A stretch of 64,000 bases of DNA, from positions 22,663-86,662 of the IMG/VR virus record IMGVR_UViG_3300034198_006385; one strand, written 5' to 3'. This DNA is from a virus. Both the position numbers and the translations under genes were made by a program. This document shows, piece by piece, positions 39,009 to 48,376 of the stretch; the stretch's first letter is position 1; every line of letters begins with the position of its first letter. The notes beneath the pieces are model-generated. The model was not told the origin of the DNA. It did not search any database and saw only the letters and a program-made list of their open reading frames with translations.

Positions 39009-39848
39009 ATGCAAATTAATATTACCGTAGAAGAATTACAAAAAAGAAAACTTTTCGTAGCAAGTCCGATGTATGCTGGGCAATGTGCAGGATTATATGC
39101 ACGATCCATTGCAGATTTAACTGGATTATGTGTAAAATATGGCATTGAAATGAAATTTTATGCACTTTTCAATGAATCATTAATTACTAGGGCAAGAAAT
39201 TATTGTGTAGATGAATTTCTTCGTAGTGATTATAGCCATCTTTTATTTCTTGATAGTGATATTGGCTTTAATGCAAATGATGTAATTGCAATGCTTGCTC
39301 TACAATCAGATGAATCGGAATATGATATTCTTGCTGCCCCATATCCAAAAAAATGTATTAGTTGGGAAAAAATTAAACAAGCAGTAGATAAAGGTTTAGC
39401 AGATGACAATCCAGCAATTTTAGAAAAATTTGTTGGAGATTATGTATTTAATCCTGTTGCTAATACAAATCAAATTGCATTAAATGAGCCAGCAGAAATT
39501 ATGGAAACTGGAACTGGTTTTATGATGATTAAAAGAAAATTATTTGCAGAATACGATATGGCGTATCCTCAATACAAATATAAACCAGATCATGTTCGTA
39601 GTGACCATTTTGATGGTAGTCGCGAAATTATGGCATATTTTGATTGTATTATTGATCCAGATTCTAAACGCTATTTGTCAGAAGATTATATGTTTTGCCA
39701 AAATGTTCGCAAAATGGGTGGAAAAGTTTGGCTTTGCCCCTGGATTTCTACACAACATGTTGGTATGTATGTATTCGGCGGGTCTCTCGCTGATCTTGCA
39801 TCAATTGGAGCGTCAGCAACCGTTGATATAGATAAAATCAAAAAATAA
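39009..39848 (+). CDS. GT-A-fold glycosyltransferase-like protein conserved in T4-likes
   Basis: ASPMYAG, NESLITRARN, LFLDSDI (DxD), GTGFMMI, YLSEDY.FC. Confidence 0.75.
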   Translation: MQINITVEELQKRKLFVASPMYAGQCAGLYARSIADLTGLCVKYGIEMKFYALFNESLITRARNYCVDEFLRSDYSHLLFLDSDIGFNANDVIAMLALQSDESEYDILAAPYPKKCISWEKIKQAVDKGLADDNPAILEKFVGDYVFNPVANTNQIALNEPAEIMETGTGFMMIKRKLFAEYDMAYPQYKYKPDHVRSDHFDGSREIMAYFDCIIDPDSKRYLSEDYMFCQNVRKMGGKVWLCPWISTQHVGMYVFGGSLADLASIGASATVDIDKIKK

Positions 39849-39859
39849 AGGCTTATAAT

Positions 39860-40132
39860 ATGATTGACTCTAATAAAATAAATAATATTATTGAGGAATA
39901 TAAAACAAAAACAATTACTAATGATGAATATGGTATGTATTTAAAAGATACCATTTCATCATTAATTGATTTTTCTATTAAAATGACAACAATTTCTGCT
40001 ATTTCTTCTAATATTTCAAAAGAAAGATTTGATATTTTAGATAAAATTTATGTAAATGAAACAGTAGAATTAATGGGTCTATTGCAAATTGTTAGAGATG
40101 GAATTAATTCGATTATTGATGATAAGGTTTAA
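39860..40132 (+). CDS. hypothetical protein
   Basis: ORF track. Confidence 0.5.
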   Translation: MIDSNKINNIIEEYKTKTITNDEYGMYLKDTISSLIDFSIKMTTISAISSNISKERFDILDKIYVNETVELMGLLQIVRDGINSIIDDKV

Positions 40133-40134
40133 TT

Positions 40135-40365
40135 ATGTATAATGAAAAAAATATTGTTCAAGCAATGAGATTATTTTCTGATATTTCCACTGCATATGTG
40201 GAAGAACTTAAAAATTATTCTGAACAAATGGCTCTATTAGATGAAGATAGTTTAACTGAATATTGTGAAAAATATTCGGATGAAATTGATGAATTGATGA
40301 AAAAAACATCATATATTAAAAAATTAGTTGATTTTCTTCAAAATAGCGAATCTACAATTCATTAA
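40135..40365 (+). CDS. hypothetical protein
   Basis: ORF track. Confidence 0.5.
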   Translation: MYNEKNIVQAMRLFSDISTAYVEELKNYSEQMALLDEDSLTEYCEKYSDEIDELMKKTSYIKKLVDFLQNSESTIH

Positions 40366-40385
40366 ATTAAATAAGAAATAATATT

Positions 40386-41054
40386 ATGAAAATTAGTAAA
40401 AAACTACGTGCAATTCTATCTAGTTATTCTATTATTAATCCAGGTATAATGTTTAAAGAAGGAAATATACTATCAACTATTTCTCCTCTTAATACTATTA
40501 TGTCAACATGTGTTATTGATACTACATGTCCACAAGATTTTTGTATTTCTAATCTATCAGAATTTATTAATATTATTAGTATTATTTCAGATAATCACGA
40601 AATTACATTTAATGATTATCAAATGATTATTAATTCTGGTAAATCTATAATCAAATATACTCTTGCTGATCCAGATACTATTACGTATTCTGGTTACGAT
40701 GAACCTGTATTTGATAATACATTAACATCATTTATGCTTGATTCTTTTGATCTTTCTGCAATTATTAAAGCATCTAGTATTTTAAAATCATCAGAAATTT
40801 TAATAAAAGGTAATAGTAAAGGTATTACTATTACCTCAGGTAAATTAAAAGAAAAATCTGCTAGTAGATTTACTAAGAAAATTGATGATATTTTAATTGA
40901 ACCACGTATTGAATTTGAACGCATATTTAATCTTGATAATTTAAAAATTATTGATGGAACATATAGAATTACACTACCCGATGATCCTTTTATGGAAATG
41001 ATTTCTACAAATGAAGAAAATCAAATGAAATATTGGATTGTTGCATCTGAATAA
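40386..41054 (+). CDS. gp45: sliding clamp gp45
   Basis: MKIS...IL..Y..IN.GI.F..GN; C-terminal YWIVASE; synteny. Confidence 0.9.
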   Translation: MKISKKLRAILSSYSIINPGIMFKEGNILSTISPLNTIMSTCVIDTTCPQDFCISNLSEFINIISIISDNHEITFNDYQMIINSGKSIIKYTLADPDTITYSGYDEPVFDNTLTSFMLDSFDLSAIIKASSILKSSEILIKGNSKGITITSGKLKEKSASRFTKKIDDILIEPRIEFERIFNLDNLKIIDGTYRITLPDDPFMEMISTNEENQMKYWIVASE

Positions 41055-41078
41055 AAAATAATTAATGAGGTTTATATA

Positions 41079-42017
41079 ATGGAAAATATTGCAAATTTTG
41101 TTTGGACATTTAAATATGCTCCGCAAAAATTAAACGAATGTATTCTACCTTCTTCTATTAAAGAAAATATTAAAACAATTATTTCGCGTGGGGCCGCTCA
41201 GAATATGATTCTTACTGGTCCCGCAGGATGTGGTAAAACCACTATAGCAAAAATGATTGTAAAAGAAATGGGTGCGGATTGTCTTTTTATCAATGCTTCA
41301 ATGAATGGAAATATTGATACTCTTAGAACAGATATTAAAAATTTTGCATCAAATAAATCATTTAATGGTGGGCGTAAATATGTAATTCTTGATGAAGCTG
41401 ATTATATGAATAAAAATTCTACCCAACCAGCTTTACGCGCATTTATTGAAGAAAATATTAAAAATTGTGGATTTATTTTTACATGTAATAAAATTGATGG
41501 TATTATCGGGCCATTACATAGTCGTTCAGTAATTATTGATTTTGATATTCCTTCCGAGGAATATAGTGATCTTGCTATGCAATTTTATAAGCGTTGCGAA
41601 AATATTTTACAAAATGAAGGAATTTCTTTTAAAACAAAATATCTTCAGACATTAATTGCAAAATTTTTTCCTGATTATCGTCGCATGATTAATGAAATGC
41701 AATTTTATTCTTCTAGCGGCACATTAGATGTAACAAAAATTCTTGCAAATAATGATAATTTAATTAATGAATTAATTCCATTTTTAAAGAAAAATGATTT
41801 TACAGAAATTCGTAATTTTGTAAGCAGAAATATGGACAATATTCCTGGGATGTTTAATTTTCTTTATGAAAATCTTACTGATAAAGTTGTTACTAATAAT
41901 ATTCCAGATTTGATTTTAATTTTATCAAAATATCAATATCAAGCAGCATTTGTTTCATCCCAAGAAATTAATACAGCCGCATGTTTAACTGAATTGATGA
42001 CCCTTGAATATGTCTAA
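41079..42017 (+). CDS. gp44: clamp loader large subunit gp44
   Basis: WTFKY.P, GPAGCGKTT, ILDEAD, QPALR, PLHSR, FPDYRR. Confidence 0.95.
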   Translation: MENIANFVWTFKYAPQKLNECILPSSIKENIKTIISRGAAQNMILTGPAGCGKTTIAKMIVKEMGADCLFINASMNGNIDTLRTDIKNFASNKSFNGGRKYVILDEADYMNKNSTQPALRAFIEENIKNCGFIFTCNKIDGIIGPLHSRSVIIDFDIPSEEYSDLAMQFYKRCENILQNEGISFKTKYLQTLIAKFFPDYRRMINEMQFYSSSGTLDVTKILANNDNLINELIPFLKKNDFTEIRNFVSRNMDNIPGMFNFLYENLTDKVVTNNIPDLILILSKYQYQAAFVSSQEINTAACLTELMTLEYV

Positions 42018-42291
42018 TAATTTAATGAAATCTATTAATAATAGAGGCGAGATTTATTTTGCTATGACACGCCTCTATAAGAAAAAAACAAAATCACCAT
42101 TTAAAATTTGTGTTGAATGTTTTAATGAGATTAAATATAATACTTATTATTGTGATGTTGTAACTTTTATTCCTAGTGAAACAGTTAAAATAGATATTAA
42201 TTATTATCATTTGCATAAAAATTGTGCAAAAAATATTCAAGAAATTCCATTGAGAGATATTATTCATGCAAGAAAACAAAACAATATTTGA
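42004..42291 (+). CDS. hypothetical protein inserted between gp44 and gp62
   Basis: CVEC...HKNC putative zinc site. Confidence 0.45.
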   Translation: MNMSNNLMKSINNRGEIYFAMTRLYKKKTKSPFKICVECFNEIKYNTYYCDVVTFIPSETVKIDINYYHLHKNCAKNIQEIPLRDIIHARKQNNI

Positions 42292-42673
42292 TGTAATTAA
42301 AAATTTATCTTTTGACAAAAATATTCATACTAAAGAAGAAGATTTAAAATTATATGAATCATTTGTAATAAATAAAAGTTTTTCTCTTTATCAAGATACT
42401 ATTTTTTACGCTAATGAAATGAATATTAATAATCAATTACCAGATAAAATGAAATATGATTATTATATGTCATCAATTAGAAAAAGAAAAAGATGGACAC
42501 CCTGGCCAAAAAAGAATTTGGACAATGAAATTATTGATTTAATTTCAAAGGCATATAATGTAAATTTTAAGAATGCAATTTCAATAAATAAATTATTAAC
42601 ACCAGAACAAATTGAGGTGATAAAATTAAAATATAGAGAGGATAATAAAAATAATGATAAAAAGTCTGAATAG
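42266..42673 (+). CDS. gp62: clamp loader small subunit gp62
   Basis: F.INK.FS...DTI.YANEMN...YDY....IRKRKR..PW. Confidence 0.9.
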   Translation: MQENKTIFDVIKNLSFDKNIHTKEEDLKLYESFVINKSFSLYQDTIFYANEMNINNQLPDKMKYDYYMSSIRKRKRWTPWPKKNLDNEIIDLISKAYNVNFKNAISINKLLTPEQIEVIKLKYREDNKNNDKKSE

Positions 42674-43073
42674 TGATAATTATGATAAATTATTTCGTAA
42701 TACTGGCATAGAAATTCAAGTAGAAGAAAAAAATTTTCTTAAAGTAAAAGAAACATTAACACGTATTGGTATTGCATCACATAAAACAAAAACATTATAT
42801 CAATCATGCCATATTCTTCATAAACAAGGTTTATATGGTATTTTACATTTTAAAGAATTATTCATTCTTGATGGAAAATCGGCAAATTTTGATCCAGAAG
42901 ATTTACATAGAAGAAATTTTATTGTAAAGTTATTAACTGATTGGGGATTAGTGCAGCATAAAAATGTATCTAAATTAGATATACCAGTTGATATAGCACA
43001 AAACATTAAAGTTCTGGCATTTAAAAATAAAAATGATTGGAATTTAGTAGCAAAATATACAATAGGAAAGTGA
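42654..43073 (+). CDS. regA: translational repressor RegA
   Basis: FLKVKETLTRIGIAS...LYQSCHILHKQG.Y.I.HFKELF.LDG. Confidence 0.95.
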   Translation: MIKSLNSDNYDKLFRNTGIEIQVEEKNFLKVKETLTRIGIASHKTKTLYQSCHILHKQGLYGILHFKELFILDGKSANFDPEDLHRRNFIVKLLTDWGLVQHKNVSKLDIPVDIAQNIKVLAFKNKNDWNLVAKYTIGK

Positions 43074-43080
43074 ATACAAT

Positions 43081-43485
43081 ATGAAAACTAATTTTAATAT
43101 GGTTTGTGATTTTATGACTGCATTTGGTCAAAAAATCAGATTATATCCAGAAATGCCAAGTGAAAAAGAAATTGAATTGCGTGTTGATTTAATTGAAGAA
43201 GAATTTACTGAATTAAAAGAAGCAATCAAAAATAATGATATCGTAGAAGTAGCCGATGCTCTAACAGATATTTTATATGTTGTTTATGGAGCGGCATTAA
43301 CTTGGGGAATTGATATAAATGAATGTTTTGATGAAGTACATTATTCTAATATGAGTAAATTAGGTGATGATGGCAAACCGATTTATAATAATAATGGTAA
43401 AGTTATGAAAGGGCCAAATTATGTTAAACCGGATTTGGAATACATTATTCGGAAACAAAAATCAAATAAACTCGAAGATTATTAA
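43081..43485 (+). CDS. MazG-like NTP pyrophosphohydrolase
   Basis: LIEEEF.EL, EVADALTDILYV.YG, VH.SNMSK, GKVMKG. Confidence 0.85.
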   Translation: MKTNFNMVCDFMTAFGQKIRLYPEMPSEKEIELRVDLIEEEFTELKEAIKNNDIVEVADALTDILYVVYGAALTWGIDINECFDEVHYSNMSKLGDDGKPIYNNNGKVMKGPNYVKPDLEYIIRKQKSNKLEDY

Positions 43486-43486
43486 T

Positions 43487-44116
43487 ATGGTAGATATTAT
43501 TTCAATAATTAGGAAAACTTTCCCTACGGCTAAGTTAACTGATCAAGATATTTTAAATATTGAGAAAATATTTTCCAATAATTATAAAAGATTGTCAGGA
43601 TTTTTTTCCCAATTAGGACACGAATCTGCCGGATTTTCTGTAATGGAAGAAAATTTGAATTATTCAGCAAAAAGATTATATGAAGTATTTCCAAAATATT
43701 TTCCAAATATTGAATCTGCTAAAGATTATGCTTATAATCCTATAAAAATTGCTAATAAAATCTATTCTAATAGAATGGGTAATGGTTCTGAATTATCCGG
43801 TGATGGTTATAACTTTAGGGGGCGTGGATTTATTCAACTGACAGGTAAAGATAATTATAGTAAATGCTCTAAAGCAATTAATATTGATATTGTTAATAAT
43901 CCCGATCTTTTGCTACAAACTAATAATGCCTTATTATCAGCTATTTGGTATTGGGATTCTCGTAATTGTTCACAGTATTGCGATGCGGAAGATATTGTTG
44001 GCTTGACTAAAGCTATCAATGGTGGTACAAATGGTCTTCAACATCGTATTGAATTGTTCAATACTTTAATGACCGAATTTAATAAAAAAACCGATTCCTA
44101 TTATCGACATTTATGA
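43487..44116 (+). CDS. glycoside hydrolase family 19 (endolysin)
   Basis: HESAGF...EENLNYS, YSNRMGNG, FRGRGFIQLTGKDNY, INGGTNGL. Confidence 0.9.
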   Translation: MVDIISIIRKTFPTAKLTDQDILNIEKIFSNNYKRLSGFFSQLGHESAGFSVMEENLNYSAKRLYEVFPKYFPNIESAKDYAYNPIKIANKIYSNRMGNGSELSGDGYNFRGRGFIQLTGKDNYSKCSKAINIDIVNNPDLLLQTNNALLSAIWYWDSRNCSQYCDAEDIVGLTKAINGGTNGLQHRIELFNTLMTEFNKKTDSYYRHL

Positions 44117-44154
44117 TAATAATCAAAGGAATAATTAATAATAAAGGGTAAATA

Positions 44155-45462
44155 GTGACTTTTTTTTATACATCTGTTGATATGGAATATAATAAAATTT
44201 TATTTCGGGGATATAAAGATGGAAAAAGAATTAAGAAGAAAGTTGAATACACACCAACTCTTTATGTAGAATGTAAAGAAAAATCTGAATTTAAGACATT
44301 GGATGGTAAATTTGTTACTCCAATGTCTTTTGAAAGTATGAAAGAATCACGAGAATTTACTAAAAAATATAAAGATGTAACTAATTTTAAAATTTATGGT
44401 AATACTAATTATCCAATTCAATTTATAAGTGATATTTGGCCAGGTCATATTAATTTTGATATGACCGTAATTGATATTGGTGCAATTGATATTGAAGTTG
44501 CTATTGGCGAGGATGGTTTTCCTCATCCCGAAAAAGCTGAACAAGAAATTATTACAATTACATATCATAGTAGCCAAGACAAAACTTATATTTGTTGGGG
44601 TATGAAAGATTATTTTGTTGAAAATAGTATTTTAAAAGATGTTAAAATTAAATATATTAAATGTCGTGATGAAGTTGATCTTCTTTTAAAATTTATGGAT
44701 TATTGGATGGGTAATTACCCAGATATTTTAACTGGATGGAATTTAGATGGATTTGATTTAGTTTATATTATTAATAGATTAAAGAAAATTTTATCAGATG
44801 ATATATCAAATAAATTTTCTCCATGGAATAAAGTAGAAGAAACAACTGATTATAATTTAAATGGTGATGAAATTCAAGCATATAATATTTCAGGTATTCA
44901 AGTTATTGATTATATGAAAGCATTTAAAAAATTCGCATACAAATATCCAAAACAAGAAAATTACAAATTAGGTAATATTGGATTTGTTGTTCTCGGTGAA
45001 GAAAAATTAGATTATTCTGAATATAAAGGATTAACTGAATTATATGAGAAAAATTTCCAGCGATTTTGTGATTATAATATCAAGGATGTTGTTCTAATTG
45101 TAAAAATGGAGGAACAATTAAATTTATTTTATCTCATTGCAACTATTGCATATATGACTAAATCTAATTTACAAGATGCTTTTAGTCCTGTAGCAAGTTG
45201 GGATAATTATATCTATAATGAATTATGTAATAGAAATATAGTTATTCCTCCTAAAGTAAAAAAAGAAAAATTACAAAAAATTGAAGGTGCATTTGTAAAG
45301 GAACCAATTGTAGGAAAATATAATTGGATTATGAGTTTTGATGCTACTAGCCTATATCCTATGTTAATGATTCAATCTAATATGTCACCCGAAACTATTA
45401 TTGATAAATTTAGTAGATATATGGAATTAAAACAAGAGGCAGAAAAAAGAGGAATTTTATGA
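44155..45462 (+). CDS. gp43: DNA polymerase gp43, N-terminal part (exonuclease and motif A)
   Basis: DIEV, GWNLDGFD, YNIKDV, GAFVKEP, SFDATSLYP, NMSPET. Confidence 0.93.
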   Translation: MTFFYTSVDMEYNKILFRGYKDGKRIKKKVEYTPTLYVECKEKSEFKTLDGKFVTPMSFESMKESREFTKKYKDVTNFKIYGNTNYPIQFISDIWPGHINFDMTVIDIGAIDIEVAIGEDGFPHPEKAEQEIITITYHSSQDKTYICWGMKDYFVENSILKDVKIKYIKCRDEVDLLLKFMDYWMGNYPDILTGWNLDGFDLVYIINRLKKILSDDISNKFSPWNKVEETTDYNLNGDEIQAYNISGIQVIDYMKAFKKFAYKYPKQENYKLGNIGFVVLGEEKLDYSEYKGLTELYEKNFQRFCDYNIKDVVLIVKMEEQLNLFYLIATIAYMTKSNLQDAFSPVASWDNYIYNELCNRNIVIPPKVKKEKLQKIEGAFVKEPIVGKYNWIMSFDATSLYPMLMIQSNMSPETIIDKFSRYMELKQEAEKRGIL

Positions 45463-46808
45463 AATTAGTGAAAGATATGACAGATGATGAAATTTTATCT
45501 GAATTAAATTTTATTGATAATGTTCGTAAATGTAATCCTGAAAATTTATTAAATGATACTTTTAATTTTGATATTCCAGTAAATTATAGTGTTACTGCAC
45601 GGGCGGAAATTTTTGATAATGATAAAGAAGGCATTTTTCCCACAATTATTCAATATGTTTTTGATTTAAGAGCCGAGACCCGTAAAGAAGAAAAAATTAT
45701 AAATCAAAAATTAGAAGATAAATCATTATCTAAAAAAGATAAAAAAGAATTAGAAAAACAAAGTATTCAGCTTTATAATAAACAACTTGCTATTAAAATT
45801 TTGTTAAATTCATTATATGGCGCAACATCTAATATGTATTTCCGTTATTATGATGAAAGAATGGCGGAATCTACTACAAGAAACGGTAGACTTACTATTA
45901 AATGGGCGGAAAAAACTATTAATAATTATTTAAATAATTTATTAAAAACAGATAAAGATTATGTTATAGCAATTGATACTGATTCTGTCTATATTGATTT
46001 TAGTAGTTTAGTTGATAAACTTTATAATAATTTAGATACAAATAAAATTGTCGATATATTAGATATTATTGCGAATGAAAAAATTTCTAATTTATTAAAT
46101 GATTCTTTTAATGAATTACGCAATAAACTTAATTCTAAACAACAAAAAATTTCAATGAAAAGAGAAGTTATTTCTGATGGTGGTATTTGGACAGGAAAAA
46201 AACATTATATTTTGAATGTTCTTGATAGTGAAGGTGTTAGATATTCAGAACCTAAATTAAAAATTGTTGGTATTGAATGTGTAAAATCATCAACTCCCAA
46301 AATTATTCGTGATATGATTAAAGATAGTATTAAAATTATTATGAATACTGATGAAGTAACTACACAAAAATATATCACAGAATGTTATGAAAAATTTAAA
46401 ACGTATGCACCAGAAGATATTGCTTTTCCGCGCGGGGTTAAAAATATTCATAAGTATACAGGAACAAGTACTTTATATACAAAAGGAACACCAATTCATG
46501 TAAGATCGGCTATATTATATAATATGTTATTAGAAAAACATGAATTAGATACCAAATATGAAAAAATTAAGTCTGGGGATAGTTTAAAATTCATATATTT
46601 AAAAACACCAAATATCATAAAAGAAAATGTAATTGGTTTTATTGAAGTATTACCAAATGAATTTAATTTACATCAATACATTGATTATGATACACAATTC
46701 GAAAAGGTTTTTGTAGCACCAATTCAATCAATTCTAGATGCTATTGGATGGGAATGGAAATCATCTAAACCAAAATTTAATTTAAATATGTTTAAAAAAG
46801 GAAAATAA
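45459..46808 (+). CDS. gp43: DNA polymerase gp43, C-terminal part (fingers, motif C, thumb)
   Basis: KILLNSLYG, IDTDSVY, KKHY, GIECVKSSTP; C-terminal clamp-binding-like LNMF. Confidence 0.93.
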   Translation: MKLVKDMTDDEILSELNFIDNVRKCNPENLLNDTFNFDIPVNYSVTARAEIFDNDKEGIFPTIIQYVFDLRAETRKEEKIINQKLEDKSLSKKDKKELEKQSIQLYNKQLAIKILLNSLYGATSNMYFRYYDERMAESTTRNGRLTIKWAEKTINNYLNNLLKTDKDYVIAIDTDSVYIDFSSLVDKLYNNLDTNKIVDILDIIANEKISNLLNDSFNELRNKLNSKQQKISMKREVISDGGIWTGKKHYILNVLDSEGVRYSEPKLKIVGIECVKSSTPKIIRDMIKDSIKIIMNTDEVTTQKYITECYEKFKTYAPEDIAFPRGVKNIHKYTGTSTLYTKGTPIHVRSAILYNMLLEKHELDTKYEKIKSGDSLKFIYLKTPNIIKENVIGFIEVLPNEFNLHQYIDYDTQFEKVFVAPIQSILDAIGWEWKSSKPKFNLNMFKKGK

Positions 46809-46809
46809 T

Positions 46810-47718
46810 ATGTCAGCTTTACGTGATAAATTAATTAAAAATACCAAATTAAAATATACAAGCGTATTATCCGATAGCCAAATTTTAAAAGATAATACAA
46901 TGATTGATATCGGTATTCCTGGGGTTAATCTAGCCTTATCAGCGGAATTAGATGGAGGTCTGACATCTGGTGTTACAGTTATTGCTGGGCCATCTAGACA
47001 TTTCAAATCTGGATTTGCCTTATTAATGGTTGCAGCATTTCTTCGTAAATATCAAGATGGAATTGTTCTTTTCTTTGATAGTGAATTTGGTATGCCAGAA
47101 GCATATTTTAATACATTTCAAATTGATCGAGATAAAATCATTCATATTCCAATTACAGATATTGAACAATTAAAATTTGAGTTAGTCAGTCAATTAAATG
47201 CAATTGAACGTGGTGAACATATAATGATTGTAGTGGATTCTATCGGAAATCTTTCTTCTAAAAAAGAATCTGAAGATGCTGCCAAAGGAAGTGGGGCGGC
47301 GGATATGACTAGAGCAAAAGAATTAAAAAGTTTTTATCGTATTATTACACCACATCTTAAATTAAAAAATATTCCTTTTATTGGAATTAATCATACTTAT
47401 AAAACAATGGAATTATATTCTAAAGATATAATTTCGGGGGGTTGTGTAGTTAAAGATACTGAAATTCAAACAGTTAATGGCTTAGTTAAAATTCAAGATT
47501 TAATCGAGGGGGATGTTATAATAACAAATTATGGAAATAATTCTATTTCACATGTTTGGACACCAGAAACATTAGATAATGGTTATCCAGAATGTTATGA
47601 GATAGAATTTGAAGATGGGCATACTATAATATGTTCAGAAACCCATAAATTTTTAATTAATGGTAAATGGATAGAGGCCAAAGATATTGTTACTGGAATG
47701 GATTGCCAAACAATTTAA
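46810..47718 (+). CDS. uvsX: UvsX recombinase N-extein fused to split intein N-half
   Basis: AGPSRHFKS, DSEFG, VDSIGNL, DMTRAK, NHTY, ISGG then CVVKDTEI...CSETHKF. Confidence 0.92.
   Translation: MSALRDKLIKNTKLKYTSVLSDSQILKDNTMIDIGIPGVNLALSAELDGGLTSGVTVIAGPSRHFKSGFALLMVAAFLRKYQDGIVLFFDSEFGMPEAYFNTFQIDRDKIIHIPITDIEQLKFELVSQLNAIERGEHIMIVVDSIGNLSSKKESEDAAKGSGAADMTRAKELKSFYRIITPHLKLKNIPFIGINHTYKTMELYSKDIISGGCVVKDTEIQTVNGLVKIQDLIEGDVIITNYGNNSISHVWTPETLDNGYPECYEIEFEDGHTIICSETHKFLINGKWIEAKDIVTGMDCQTI
47443..47715 (+). mobile_element. split intein N-fragment (91 aa)
   Basis: Block A C1 (CVVKDTEIQTVNG..KIQDL..GD); block B CSETHKF. Confidence 0.88.
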
Positions 47719-47732
47719 TATCAGCAGCATAA

Positions 47733-47840
47733 TATAATCCATGGAGAGATACATGCATATATTGTGGAATTATTAGTGTAGCGGGAAATATTAAAAGATG
47801 GCACAACGAAAATTATAAAAGGAAAACAAATGAAAATTAA
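47733..47840 (+). pseudogene. relic C-terminus of a free-standing homing endonuclease
   Basis: Stop-to-stop frame YNPWRDTCIYCGIISVAGNIKRWHNENYKRKTNEN*; stop lies just inside the 5' end of the C-half ORF. Confidence 0.6.
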
Positions 47841-47946
47841 AAATATTAAAAAAGTTGGTAAATTACCTGTTTATGATATAACAGTAAATAGTGACAATTA
47901 TGATGAACAGCATTATGTTTTAAAAAATAACGTCATAACACATAAT
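47830..47946 (+). mobile_element. split intein C-fragment (39 aa)
   Basis: Block F VYDITV; block G THN followed by Thr+1. Confidence 0.88.
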
Positions 47947-48369
47947 ACTGGTGGGTATTATTCCGCCGATACAATGTGGATTATTGGTCGCCAACAAGAA
48001 AAAGATGATGATGAATTATCAGGATATAAATTTATTATTAATATTGAAAAATCTCGTTTTGTTAAAGAAAAATCTAAAATTCCCATCATTGTAAAATTTG
48101 AAAAAGGAATTGATAAATGGTCTGGATTATTTGATATCGCACTTGAAGGAGGCTTCATTGCAAAAGCCAATCAAGGATGGTATAATGAGATTGACCAAGA
48201 AACAGGAGAAATTATTGGTGTAAAACGTCGCCGGGGTGATTTAGAAAATGATGATGAATTTTGGGCACGAACAATTACACCAAAATTTAAAGAATATGTT
48301 AAAGAAACATATTCAATTTCTAGTGGTCATATTTTAGATGAAGAACAAGAACAAACTGAAAGCGAGTAA
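47830..48369 (+). CDS. uvsX: split intein C-half fused to UvsX C-extein
   Basis: MKIKNIKKVG..PVYDITV...HYVLKNNVITHN|TGGYYSADT..IIGRQQEK...KSRFVKEKS. Confidence 0.92.
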   Translation: MKIKNIKKVGKLPVYDITVNSDNYDEQHYVLKNNVITHNTGGYYSADTMWIIGRQQEKDDDELSGYKFIINIEKSRFVKEKSKIPIIVKFEKGIDKWSGLFDIALEGGFIAKANQGWYNEIDQETGEIIGVKRRRGDLENDDEFWARTITPKFKEYVKETYSISSGHILDEEQEQTESE

Positions 48370-48376
48370 TTAATAT

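Noticed and set aside
45380-45560. Split intein or intron at the gp43 break
   Set aside because: No Cys/Ser block A or HN terminus, and the ORFs overlap by ATGA leaving no room for an intron
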